NCBI RefSeq assembly: GCF_016432865.1
Contig: NC_067399.1
Location: 389,732,001-389,796,000 of the forward strand
DNA: 64,000 nucleotides
Reading direction: 5' to 3'
DNA from: Antechinus flavipes
Lineage: Eukaryota
Positions within the stretch are counted from its first letter, which is position 1; every line of letters begins with the position of its first letter. Shown in pieces: positions 24,680 through 46,600 of the stretch. The notes beneath the pieces were generated by a model, which ran no database searches, had not been told where the DNA came from, and was given only the letters and a program-made list of their open reading frames with translations. The position numbers and the translations under genes were made by a program.

Positions 24680-26834
24680 ATGGCGGCCCCCTGTGAAGTG
24701 AGGCACGGTGTAGGGGAATGGGACTCCCCTGAGCAAGAGGCTGAGGGAGATTCCCGACGCCTTCCGACCTCTCTTCCTTTGGATGCTGCCGTGCAGAGCG
24801 ACACGGACACTGATGCGGAAACGGAAGACTCGGCGCCCCGAGAGCGGGACACCCCCGAAGACATAGTGTTAGAGGCTCCTGCTAACGGGCTTGCCTTCCA
24901 CCCTGCGCGGAATCTCGTGGCCGCCGGGGACGTGGACGGGGACGTGTTTGTGTGAGCGCGGGGAAGGGCGAGGGCCGGGGCTCTGGAGAGAGCTCGAGGT
25001 CCGGGGTGCCGCTGTTGGTTGTGATTGCCGTCCTCTGTCCCGCAGCGTTAGAAGGGCAGTGCCGCCCATGCCTCTCCTTTGTCGGAAGAGGAGACTGAGG
25101 CCGAGAGCGAAGGACGCCCGTTCAATACTGTCCCTTCCTCTTTTCCTCACAACAGCTTCGAGTACTCTTGCTGGGAGGGTGAAAACAAAGAGCTCTGGTC
25201 CTCGGGACACCATCTCAGGTCCTGCCGGGACCTGGCCTTCTCCGAAGACGGACAGAGTAAGTTTAGGGGATAGAGGGGCAGCTCCGCTGGCTTCTTCTGG
25301 AGGTCGTGAATACCTAATCATCGGAGCCTTCTTTGGAGGGGCTGGGACCTGCTGAAATATCTCTAGCGCTAGATCTCTGAGGGGCTTTTCCAGCGCCGAG
25401 TCCATAGTTTTTATTGGGATGGGGATGAATAACCCTGGCCTGGGAGTGAGGACAAGAGAAGGTTAGCAAGACTGCTACTTGATCTTCGATTAAGGGAGAA
25501 TAGGATGGGACTAGATTTAAGACCACAGTTTCTTTTTAAAATTTGTATCCCTCTTTGTCTCCCATCAGAACTTATCACTGTTTCCAAGGATAAAGCCATT
25601 CATATCCTGGATGTTGAGCAGGGCCGCCTGGATAAACGTATTTCCAAAGCTCACAAGTATGACGGCATTTGAAGTAAATTGGGAGTTTTGGGAAATGTTG
25701 GGATGTCCCTTCAAGACAGGGCTTCTTTTTGAATTTCACTTTTTTTTTTTTTAAACTTTCAACTAATAATTTTACTCCACAGCGTAGCTATCAACAGCTT
25801 GTTGCTAGTGGATGAGCATCTGTTAGCTACAGGGGATGATAGTGGCAGGATTCGGCTCTGGGACCAGAGGAAAGAGGGTCCAATTATGGACTTGAGGCAA
25901 CATGAGGACTACATTGCAGATATGGCTCTGGACCCCACTAAGAAACTGCTTCTTACTGCCAGGTGAAGAGCCTTGGAAGCTTCTTCCCCCCAAAATTAAA
26001 ATTGCTTCTGTTAAGGGTACCTCCCAATAATCACCATTGCTTGCTTTTGCCACAGTGGGGATGGTTGCCTTGGTGTCTTCAATATTAAGCGGCATCGGTT
26101 TGAACTTCTATCAGAAGCACAGAGTGGGGATTTAACATCTGTTAAACTTATGAAGGTACAATGGAGACTGGGGTGAGGGTGTGGGGTTAGAGGACCAAGA
26201 GAAGACAGGCCCCTAGTCCAGATCACCTTTTTAAAAAAAAAAATTTTTTTTTTTTTTACAGAGGGGAAAGAAAGTTGCCTGTGGCTCTAGTGAAGGAACC
26301 ATTTATCTCTTTAACTGGAATGGTTTTGGAGCAACCAGTGACCGTTTTGCACTGAAAGCAGAGTCAATTGATTGTATTGTGCCCATCACAGACAATCTGC
26401 TGTGCACAGGCTCTACTGATGGCATTATCCGGTATGAGAGGAAGAACAGCTGGTGGAGGAAGGATGGGGTACTTGGTAAAATCAGGTTCCCCAGGGACTA
26501 ATTCTTTTTTCTTCATAGGGCAGTGAATATCCTGCCTAATCGAGTTGTGGGCAGTGTGGGGCAACATGCTGGTGAGCCTGTGGAACAGTTAGCCCTCTCC
26601 CACTGTGGTAAGTTTCTTGCCAGCAGTGGTCACGACCATCGGCTCAAGTTCTGGGATGTTACACAACTTCGATCAGTGGTCGTGGATGATTATCGGAAGC
26701 GGAAGAAGAAAGGTGGCCAGTTGCAAGCTCTGAGCAGCAAGGCCTGGGGCATGGATGACTTTTTTGCTGGACTTAAGGAAGAGGAAGACACAGTGCCTGA
26801 TCCAGTTGAAGAAGAAAGTGAGGACAGTGACTAA
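24680..26834 (+). CDS. WDR55: WD repeat-containing protein 55
   Basis: Exons 24680-24951 ([20 protein letters not shown]; may contain a 99-nt intron 24698-24796), 25156-25256, 25569-25656, 25783-25962, 26056-26155, 26262-26431 ([27 protein letters not shown]), 26519-26834 (...EDSD*). All GT-AG and phase-consistent. Confidence 0.95.
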
Positions 26835-27527
26835 AGGGAACCATAGTGGGGATTCATTCAGCCCTTCTGTTGCAGTCCCTGCTCACTGGTTTTTCATGCT
26901 GGTTTAGTACTAAATTATGTGTAAGCACTTTCTAAAGAGGCTGCTTCAAGTATAATTGAAAGTGAGACAAAGGAGGGAAGGAGGCATGTTAAAACCACCA
27001 AGCTCAGTATTTCTTCTATGACAAGAGGATGACAAAACCTAATGTTTAGATGTATGCTCCTGGGTTGTCAGCTTGTAATCTTGATCTCCAGTAGGACCCT
27101 AACTCGATGAAAGGGAAAAAAAAAACCCTACCAACCCTCCATAGAAGACACAATATGGACAAATATACCAAAACCATAAGTTTTTAATTAAATATAAAAC
27201 AAAGTTACACCGGGTGTAACAACAACGAGCAGAGGAACAAAAAAAAGACTTATGTCTAACTAGCAACCAAGTAAACAGCTTAAGGGACAAAACTATTGGG
27301 GACAACACAGAATTAGGTGGGTGGAGGGGGAGTGTACCTGGCATAAAGAGAATGGAATAAGAACAAGAGATTCCCCTCTAGATTAGCCAGGGCTAGCATT
27401 CCCACTTGTCCAGCTTCAGGGCCCTGCCCTTCTTGAAGAACTAAGGAGCTCTTTACCCCCTACCTCCATAACTGGTGGAATTGACTAGGCTGACTGACAT
27501 TATTACAGAGAGGAAATAACAAGCTAT

Positions 27528-29390
27528 TTAGCAGGAAAGCCACCCCAATCCTGGGCTCTCGCTTTCTCTTGGCTCACCTAATGCTTCTAGGAGGCGAAGG
27601 GACACAGCATTCTTGGCAACTTCATGTCCACTTGGCCCCTCTTTAGTTACAACCACCCAGATGAGGCCACTGAAAGGCATGGGGTGACCAGGAATCACCA
27701 CTTGGTACCAGAAGCGGTGCCAGCCTGCGGGCCCAGCGCCCAAGCACTTAGTGAGAAATACGGGCATACCTAGGTGCTTCTGTTGGCACACGGCCTCGAG
27801 GGTAGTCTGGGCACAGCTGTGGGGCATTGGGGTCCCTAATTTCTCAGGCAAGGTCCTATGACTTATCTCAGGCCCCAACCCCCGAAATAAAGGACCTTCT
27901 GTTTGCTGTCGGAGTCGTTGCTTCAGGTCGGGCTTCAGCCATTCTACTGTCACCTGCTCACCACAGAGCTTTGAGCGCCCTGTCAGACAGAGGATAACAT
28001 AGGAGTGAGGAGAGGTGGGGGTGAGAAGGCAACCTAAGTTTGGCAATAAGTATTTGGCCACACCCCACCCCCACAAACACTAAACCCTTTTTACTCCCTA
28101 ACCTGTTTAGCTTTCCCACTCCCTTGAATGTGTATCAACTAGTATAAGTTTCTTAGCAACAGACAAGGCTACCTTGTTTTCCTCGACTTCACCCTCTTCA
28201 CTCCTACCTTCTACTAGAGCTTTCTTCGCCATGGCTGCCGCCCGGTGGGAGCTAAACTTGAGCAGTGCAATCTGTGTGTGGGGGTACATAAGGCTGGGGA
28301 GTAGCAGTGCTTCCTGCAGACCGGACCCGAGAGGCTGCAGGGCCTGAAGCAAGGCCTGGTGGTTCAGGGTTGGTGGCAACCCATCCAGGGTCAGCTCGCA
28401 TTTCTCCGTGCTCCGGCAGACCAGCAGCGGGCAGGCAGGTCGAAGAGGGTGATTGTGAAGAGTGGCGATGGCAGCCTGGGCCCCGCGGCGGGAGCTGTAT
28501 CTAGCATAGGCGAAGCCTCGGTTCAGGCCACTAAAAGTCATCATGAGACGAAACTCGTAGAGACGCCCCACTCGCTGGAACAGTGGAATCAGCTGGTGCT
28601 CATACACATCCTGGGGCAGGCGACCGATGAACACCTCTGAACCTGCTGGAGGAGGGCTGCCTACCCAGCCTGGGGATAAAGTAGTCTTTGAACTACAGAT
28701 CTAGTTAGGCATACTAACCCCAACTGGGGAGCCTGTGAAACCGGCTTTTCCTAACCTCTTAACTCGGTTTGAACTTCACACACTGGTCTTTAAAATTAAT
28801 TCATACAATTTATGAAATCCATTTCAATTTAACTCTATTAATGTTCAATTTTTCTAAAATGCAAATAAAACGGTATTCGTTTCCCTAACCTCTCCCGGAG
28901 CTTAGTCGTATAGAATACATATGAGCATTTTCCCTTCTTAGGGTGCAAATCAGGGACAGTAAAAGGGCACTTAACTCGTTCAGCTGAAGTTCCGTTCACA
29001 GGCCACTCCCCCAAAGCTGGGTGGGGGAGGGGGAAGAAGGGTGTTTGTTAGGCGCCTAACTGTCCAGTGCAGCAGGAAGCTCAGGCTACCCATACCCTGG
29101 AGTGGGGGTGCAAATTTACCTGGGGGTGGACCGCCGTATTTCCTTTGCCCGTTCACTTGCACCAGTCGGATCCCCGTTTCCCTCACCCAGGCTTCCAACG
29201 CAGCCTTGTTCACTGGATTCACCCGCTCACACCACAACTGGGGAGGGTGGGAGAAGGGGTGAATACTGATACTAGGCTCCAGTTCATTTCACAAGGTAAT
29301 AGTGATCGGGCCACCCCATCTCCCAAATCATCTCACCGCAACGATCCCTCACCCAAAGACACTCACCTCACACTCTCGCTTGGACTGCAT
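27528..29390 (-). CDS. DND1: Dead end homolog 1, germ-cell RNA-binding protein (2 RRM + dsRBD; 351 aa)
   Basis: Exons 29390-29367 (MQSKRECE), 29237-29120 ([17 protein letters not shown]), 28669-28208 ([18 protein letters not shown]...[11 protein letters not shown]), 27979-27528; 1056 nt. Confidence 0.97.
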
Positions 29391-29520
29391 GTTTAAAGGA
29401 GACCCACCCAGTCACACACCTTTATAGGCTCCCCCTCAGCCTCTGGAAACTTCCCAGCCCCTCTAGACTCCCATTGGCCATGGGGCGCGACCCCTCCCCG
29501 CATGGGAGGGGGGAGAGGAG
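29391..29520 (-). promoter_or_regulatory. DND1 core promoter (TATA and CCAAT)
   Basis: Minus-strand TATAAA at 29421-29426 and CCAAT at 29473-29477, with GC-rich boxes further upstream. Confidence 0.6.
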
Positions 29521-29823
29521 ACACGTGCTCTACCCTCCGGGTATAAACAGGTGAGAGAGGAAAACAAGGGATGGGAAGGGGGGTTGGGAGCCCTACCCAA
29601 TTTCCTTTTGCTTCTTTATAACTATGAGTTTTAGTTCCCTAGTGTGTATGAGAGGAATAAAATTATGTAAAAGACCATATTCAGTAATATCTCGCAGAAA
29701 TAGGCCACTAGCATATTACTTCCAAATTGGGGTGGCATATAGGAGGAGGAACCCTTGGACAATCATCCCCTGATCCAAAAAGGAACACAAGAGGGTGACT
29801 AGAAGAAACTGAGAAGCAGGCAT

Positions 29824-29829
29824 TTTATT
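29824..29829 (-). terminator. HARS1 polyadenylation signal AATAAA
   Basis: tttatt on the plus strand, ~350 nt past the HARS1 stop codon. Confidence 0.65.
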
Positions 29830-30176
29830 GGACCCATAGGCAGTCAGCTTCACAAAAGTCAGTGGGAAATGTCAGCAACATGGCTTTTCTGTCAAAAACA
29901 GGGACAGAACTCTATATCTATAATGCATGGGCGACACCCAGAGCCAACACATGTCAGATAAGTTTCAGTTCATTTCAGTGTCCTGGGAAGCTCCAGAAAA
30001 CAACTTCTTGAGAAAGTGGAGTTATACTCTGGCTATCCTTGCCAGTGATTTAACAATAAAATATTATCTCAGCATTGCCCTCTCTCTTAATTCTTCCCTC
30101 TGGAGCAGATGTGCAAAACCAATTGAAGAAGATGGACTAGCCTCCAAATAGTGTCATTTCTATCCACTGACTTCTT

Positions 30177-39296
<9,120 letters not shown>

Positions 39297-39660
39297 CCTC
39301 CAAACTGCTGCGGCTGTCACGGGCTACTTCCGGCCACCGAGCTCTACCCGCTGATCGCGCGCCCAGAGAGCTTCCGGTCGGCGTGAGCTTAAACCGGAAG
39401 AATGAAAGAGGAGAAACTAGGTTGAACTCACTGGCTTCTCCGCTCCGCCTGCCTACCCCTTAGCGAATTTGATGCGTGGGAGTTTCACTTCACTTTTCTC
39501 TGACACGATTTCCCTCAATTTCCTCCTCCGTAATCTGGTGACCAGCATTTTCTCATTCTCTGGACTCAGCCTAAGTGTTCCCTTTGCCCCAATCCTTTCC
39601 CGCCTCATCCTCCGGTGTACAGCCTGCGGGACTGTGGGAAGAGAAGCCCCAGCCCTCGCC
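39297..39660. promoter_or_regulatory. HARS1-HARS2 bidirectional promoter
   Basis: 364 bp between divergent ATGs; CpG-rich; ETS cores acttccgg 39326-39333, cttccgg 39371-39377, ccggaag 39394-39400. Confidence 0.8.
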
Positions 39661-42600
39661 ATGCAGCGCCTCGGGCCCTTGTCTCGGGAGGCCTGGGCCA
39701 CGCTGACCCTCCAGTTGCTGCGACCTCCCTGCACCGGGGCCTCGCTGCTTTTCCGCCGGGTGCTAGGAGGCCTGCTGCAGCCTCCAGCGCGGGAGGTATG
39801 TTCTGCCTTCTCACGTTTCTCAGTATTTCTTGGCTCTCCTTAACTTGTCATATACTTTGTCAGTCGTTATCTGCTTATTAAAATTGTAAATTCCTTGATG
39901 TCTAAACCTTTATTTTTTAGTACCCAGGCCCTGGTAGGCTTTTGTTGAGTTTAATTGAGTTTTCTAACCGTTCTCGGCCTGACTCTACCACCGTGTAAAT
40001 GAATTAAAATCGATCAGAGCAAGGAATCCAACTTTAGAATTTGTATCCTATGATATGAGTAGGTTTTTAAGTTAATGCTTGATTTATTTAAAATGCCTTA
40101 GTTTTCTTATCGGTTTAATGAAGGTTTAAACTAATTGGACTCCCTTTAATTCTAACATTTTCGTGATTTTGCATTTTGACTTCTAAATGTCTATTTGATC
40201 CTAGATAATTGACTACGGATTTTGAGCAATCGGACCGCAGTCCTTTGCCCCCTAATGTTTGTGACCGGAGTCCCACAGTCTATGATGTTAATTTATTTGT
40301 TTACTTATATTAATAATATTGTTTAAATATATCATACAAAGAACCTCGGAATTATCGATTGAATCATCCCCAGGAATCTCTGAAACCCTCACTTGAATCA
40401 ATACTTGAAGACAAGACAGATGATTACTTGTTTGTTATATTATAGAGTGGATCCCTGTTTAGGTAGAGTGAGATAATTGGTTTCTGAGGCTCTTTCTAGC
40501 ATTGAATGAATGAAGAAATATTTATTAAGTTCAGACTAAGTTCAAAACATTGTGCTAAGCATTGAGAATACAAATAGAAAAACTATTCAGTCTATTCTCA
40601 AAAAGCTACATTCCAGTAGAGGAAACCACATATGCATAGAAGGTTTCAATTGTAAATCAAGATAGAAAGATCCAATGCATGGTGAAGGACCAAAGCAGAT
40701 AATGTCTTTTTTTACAGCAATACAGAAATAGTTTGTACTTCCATGATTTAGAAACCTTAACTTTCCTAAATTTGTTTTCTGATTAAAAAAAATAACGATA
40801 ATACTTGCACACTGCTTACCTTACAAATGTAAGGAAAACACATTGCAAACCTTAAAATACTATATAAAAGTGAATGATCACCATAATTGTTGTTAGAGAT
40901 GAATAAATTGTCCCAAGAAATTAAATTATTTGCCCCAGTTATTAAATGGCAACACCGGGACAGCTCTGTATTTTCTCAGAAGTCTTATTGGATAGCCTAC
41001 TATAACAAACTAATATTTTTCCATTAAATTTTTTTCCACAAATACTGTCAGAAAATGATAGGGTCCCTTCCCTTGAAGAACTTGCAATCTAGTATTTTGA
41101 TGCTATGAAAGGTGATTTGAATTTGTATACAGAAGATCTGAATTCAAATCTAAACTGTCACTAATTTCCTCTCGTGACCTTGGGTAAGGTACATAAACTT
41201 TCTAGGCCCAGTTTCCCTGTCTGTATTTTTTTAAATGAGGGGATTGAGTTGGTCTTGAAAAGTCCCCTCTAGCTCCAAATCTTTCTTCCTTTTCATTGGG
41301 TTCAAGGGAAGGGAATTAGCATTTATGTAACACCTACTGTGTGCCAGGCACTGTGCTAAGTACTTTTTAAAAAAAAACAGATATCTTATTTGATTCCCAC
41401 AGCATCCCTGAGAGTTGTTATAATTCCTATTTTGCAATTGATGAAACTGAGGCAAATAGTGACTTTCCTAGGGTGACACACAACTAGTAAATGTCTGAGG
41501 CCAGCTTTGAACTTGGGTATTCCAGACTAGTTGCCTCAGTAGAAGAGTTAATAATCTAATGTTAATGAATATTAAGCTAATAAATTATTCTTATTGTATC
41601 TTTATTCCTTTGTTGTTGTTTCTTCTAAAGCATCTTTCTGCCAGAACTCAATAGGTCTAATAGGTCATGTAGCCCTTTTGTAAGGAAGTTACTCTTCTGG
41701 TCTATCATTTTTATTTTTTGAAACTAGAGGCAAAAACCCTTTTTAATTTCTGATATTGATATAGGCTTTTTTTTTTTTTTGTAAGTTTTTGTTTTTTTCT
41801 GAGTCTTACTTTCTCTGGGTATAAATTTAAAAAATGTTGAGTAAGCTTGTCTAATTAAAAAGAGATGGAGGGAACCAGAATAAAACCACACTGTATTGGG
41901 GGAAGGATCTTTCAATAAGAGGGCCTCTGGGGAAAATGCTTTATGGACACAATAGACACAATGGCCACAATTCAGCCCAAGTGAAGAGCCTGCCGAACTT
42001 TTCTTCTTGGAAGACTGGAAATTAAGAGGTCAAAGATCTGCAGCCATTGCTTAGTGTGTCATGATAATTTTTTTGCAGTTTGCAGAAGCCAGATTGAAGA
42101 TTCAGCTGGAATCAGATAAAGAGAAATCCAATTTTGTTATCAAGACTCCCAAGGTAATCCTCTTTCTAACTTTTTTGTCTTCTTTTCCAATAGCTGAGTG
42201 CTTGGGAAAAACATCTGCCCCTACCTCAGTTGAAACCTTGCAGTGAATTAAAAATTTATATCATACAGTGGAGAGAATTACACTTAAGAGTCAGAAAGAG
42301 CTGGGCTCAAATCCTACATCATATATTTACTAACCATATGATTGCCCTTGTCAGAACACTTCTCAGTAACTGCTTCCTTCAGGGTTGTTGTACAAATAGT
42401 GTATAAAATGTATTACAAACCTTAAAGTACTTTACAAATGTAAACTGTGATGCTTGTCCATTGTTCTCTTTTTCCCAAGCCCTTTACAATTTGCCTTTAA
42501 ACTCTTTCTCTATGTCCCTTTATTCTGATTGCTTTTGACTCATAGGGTACCAGGGATCTTAACCCTCAACAGATGGCTATTCGAGAGAAAATCCTTAATG

Positions 42601-43653
42601 CTGTCATCAGATGCTTCAAGTGCCATGGAGCTAAAGGGCTAGATACTCCAGTGTTTGAACTAAAGGTGACAAAGGAAAAGGGAGTGGGGTGGAAGGAACA
42701 GTATTGAAATTCTTACTATCTTAGCCTCCACTATCCCAGATCATATTTATTAAGCTGTAGACTTATGTTTGTCCAGGAAGTGCTAACGGAGAAATATGGA
42801 GAGAACTCTAGACTCATCTATGACCTGAAAGATCAAGGTGGGGAGCTACTGGCTCTTAGATATGACCTCACAGTATCCTTTATCCTTCTAAGAGCTATTT
42901 TACTTTATTCTGACCATTTTTTCTTTTCTTTTTATTATAGCTTTTTATTTACAAGTTATATGCATGTGTAATTTTACACCATTGACAATTGCCAAACCTT
43001 TTGTTCCAATTTTTCCCCTCTTTCTCCCCCACTCCCTCCCCCAGATGGCAGGTTGACCAATACATGTTAAATATGTTAAAGTATAAATTAAATACAATAT
43101 TAGTATACATGTCCAAACAGTTATTTTGCTGAACAAAAAGAATCAGACTTTGAAAAGTGTACAATTAGCCTGTGAAGGAAATAAAAAATGCAGGCAGACA
43201 AAAATAGAGGGATAGGGAATTCTATGTAATGGTTCATAGTCATCTCCCAGAATTCTTTCGCTGGGTGTAGCTGATTCTCTTCATTACTGCTCTATTGGAA
43301 CTGATTTGATTCATCTCATTGTTGAAGATGGCCACGTCCATCAGAATTGATCATCATATAGTATTTAAAAAATTAAAAAAAAATTTTAATAGCCTTTTAT
43401 TTACAAGTTATATGCATGCGTAATTTTACAGCATTGACAATTGCCAAACCTCTTGTTCCAATTTTTCCCCTCCTTTCCCCCACCCCCTCCCCTAGATGGC
43501 AGAATGACCAATACATGTTAAATATATTAAAGTATAAATTAAATACAAAATAAGTATACATGACCAAACCATTATTTTGCTGTACAAAAAGAATTGGACT
43601 CTGAATTATTGTATAATTAGCCTGTGAAGGAAATCCCAAATGCAGGCAGGCAA

Positions 43654-43686
<33 letters not shown>

Positions 43687-46600
43687 ATGTGTTGGGAATT
43701 CAATGTAATGGTTCTTAGACATCTCCCAGAGTTCTTTCGCTGGGTGTAGCTAGTTCATTTCATTACTGCTCCATTGGAACTGATTTGGTTCATCTCATTG
43801 CTGAAGATGGCCAGGTCCATCAGAATTGATCATCATATAGTATTGTTGTTGAAGTATATAATGATCTTCTGGTCATGCTCATTTCACTCAGCATCAGTTC
43901 GTATAAGTCTCTCCAAGCCTTTCTGAAATTATCCTGTTGGCCATTTCTTACAGAACAATAATATTTTATAATATTCATATGCCACAATTTATTCAGCCAT
44001 TCTCCAATTGTTGGGCATCCACTCAGTTTGCAGTCTCTGGCCACTACAAAGAGGGCTGCCACAAACATTCTTGCACATACAGGTCTCTTTCCCTTCTTTA
44101 AAATCTCTTTGGGATATATTTGACCAGTAGTAACACTGCTGGATCAAAGCGTATGTACAGTTTGATAACTTTTTGAGCATAGTTCCAAATTGCTCTCCAG
44201 AATGGCTGGATGTATTCACAAACCCACCAACAATGTATCAGTGTCCCTGTTTTCCTACATCTCTTCCAACATTGCGCATTATCTTTCCCTGTCATTCTAG
44301 CCAATTTGACAGGTGTGTAGTGATATCTCAGAGTTCTCTTGCATTTCTCTGATTAATAATGATTTGGAGCATCTTTTTATATGACTAGAAATAGTTTCAG
44401 TTTCTTTGAGAATTGTCTGTTCATATCCTTTGACTATTTATCAATTGGAGAGTGGCTTGATTTCTTCTAGATTAGAGGCAATTCTCTATATATTTTGGAA
44501 ATGAGGCCTTTATCAGAACCTTTGACTGTAAAAATGTTTTCCCAGTTTATTGCTTCCCTTCTAATCTTGTCTGCATTAGTTTTGTTTGTACAAAAGCTTT
44601 TCAATTTGATATAATCAACATTTTCTATTTTGTGATCAGTAATGATTTCTAGTTTTTCTTTGGTCATAAATTCCTTCTTCTTCCACAGGTCTGAGAGGTA
44701 AACTATCCTATGTTCCTCTAATTTGTTTATAATCTCATTCTTTATGCCTAGGTCATGAACCCATTTTGACCTTATTTTGGTGTACGATGTTAAGTGTGAT
44801 TGACCATCCTTTTCTATGTCAAGGGAAGGAATTGTGAATGTCATGGTCATATCTAGAGCTGATTCTATTTTATGTTAGATGATTCAAAGAGGCATTCCCA
44901 TAGTAAAGTAAGGGCTGAAAGTAGTGGTGAAGAATAGGTTTTCAAATTTAGATAATTTGGGGAAAGGATTAGGGTGAATAGGAGGGAAGGATCCCAGGGT
45001 CTTGGAGACCATCTAGATCTTATTTCCCATTCCCTGTCTGAGTTTTCAATTTGACAAGATGATATTGGAATCTATTACCCTAGTATTTGACTTGTACAAA
45101 TATAGTTGAATGCCAGCTCTGGAAGGGACTATGCTGCTTCCTTAATAATTTCTTGTGAGGTCCCTTTTGCTCGTTATCTGGCTATGAATAAGATAAAGAA
45201 GATGAAACGCTATCATATTGGAAAGGTGTGGCGACGGGAGAGTCCTTCCATAAACCAAGGTCGATACCGAGAGTTCTGCCAATGTGTGAGTGATGGGGGC
45301 ACTGGGAAGTAGGGAGGGGGTTCTCAGAGCAACATCCCTGGAAACACAGATTTAATTAGAGGATTTTCAAATTTTCACTGCTTCTTTTTGCTACAGGATT
45401 TTGACATTGCAGGTCGATTTGATCCCATGATCCCTGATGCAGAGTGTTTAAAGATCATATATGAAATCCTAAATACATTGCAGTTGGGGAACTTCTTAAT
45501 TAAGGTGAATGTAAAAACAAAAGAGGAGGGGGGTGTGCATGAGCCAAGGTGATTTTCTTCAGGTTTTCATCTTATCTTTATGGTGGTCCCAACCTTACTC
45601 CTTGGCTTTAGCAGCTATTTCCATATAGTCTAATTGCAAGGCTTCTCTTCCTTTTACTAGAGGGAATCACTGGGAAAGGAGTCTGGATCTTTCTTTTGGG
45701 AATAAGTATTGATGGAGTATCTGGTGCATATGGAATTCACAGGTGAATGACAGGCGAATTTTGGATGGCATGTTTGCTGTCTGTGGGGTCCCTGAAAACA
45801 AATTACGATTTGTGTGTTCTTCAGTGGATAAGCTGGGCAAGGTAATAAAGAAAGATCTTTTTATTTTCCCTCATTTAAGTTTTTGTAGCTTACTGTATTC
45901 TGGGCCATTTTGTTTAAGAAGTTAGAGGAACAGTGTGTAAAATAAGCTATCATACTTAAATAAGCTATAGTAAAAGTTATAGAGAATCTAAATATGATTT
46001 TATTTCAGTCCTTTATTGGGAACTTGGAGACTACTTCTTTGCTAACGGCAGTAACATTAATATAAACATGAAATATCTTTAAAAGTGCTTTCTTCACAGT
46101 TATCTTATGAGGAAGCCATTAAAATTATCTTTTATAGTAGAAATCTTAAGCAAGCTGTTTAAGTGACTTGCTTTGGGTCACATAGCTAGTTAATTGTTGA
46201 AGATAAAATTGCAACTTAGTTCATTTATGAAAACATGCGTCCCATGTTTTCACTCTATCCAGTATTGTATTCTTAATTATGTCTATTATAGACCTTAGGT
46301 ACACGGGAGGCATTCAAATGCTTACTAATTGAATATATTATCTTTTTTATGAAAGTAGGTTCTTGGGGATATGAGCAATTATTTTTTGTTCTATAGATGT
46401 CCTGGAAGGATGTGAGAGAAGAAATGGTAGGAAAGATGGGTCTGGCTTCTGAAGTGGCAGATTGTATTGGGGATTACATCCAGCAGCATGGTAAGAAGCA
46501 ATATTCACCAAGTTAAATATAATTATAATAGGAATATAAGAGATCACCATCTTAAAATTCTGACTCTTACATTTGACTTTCCCAGGTGGAGTGTCCCTAG

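Noticed and set aside
24869-25405. 178-aa (-) and 154-aa (+) ORFs around WDR55 intron 1
   Set aside because: Expected by-product of a GC-rich CpG island; low-complexity peptides; the real exons explain the region.
28107-28207. DND1 exon-3 ORF reading into intron 3 (RRM-only isoform)
   Set aside because: Ordinary read-through past a good GT donor; no sequence evidence for retention.
39453-39881. Several overlapping 69-124-aa ORFs in the HARS promoter
   Set aside because: CpG-island artefacts; only the ATG at 39661 fits the HARS2 presequence.
44467-44850. 127-aa ORF, and the 160-aa ORF at 52837-53319
   Set aside because: Frameshifted L1 ORF2 remnants, not host genes or intact elements.
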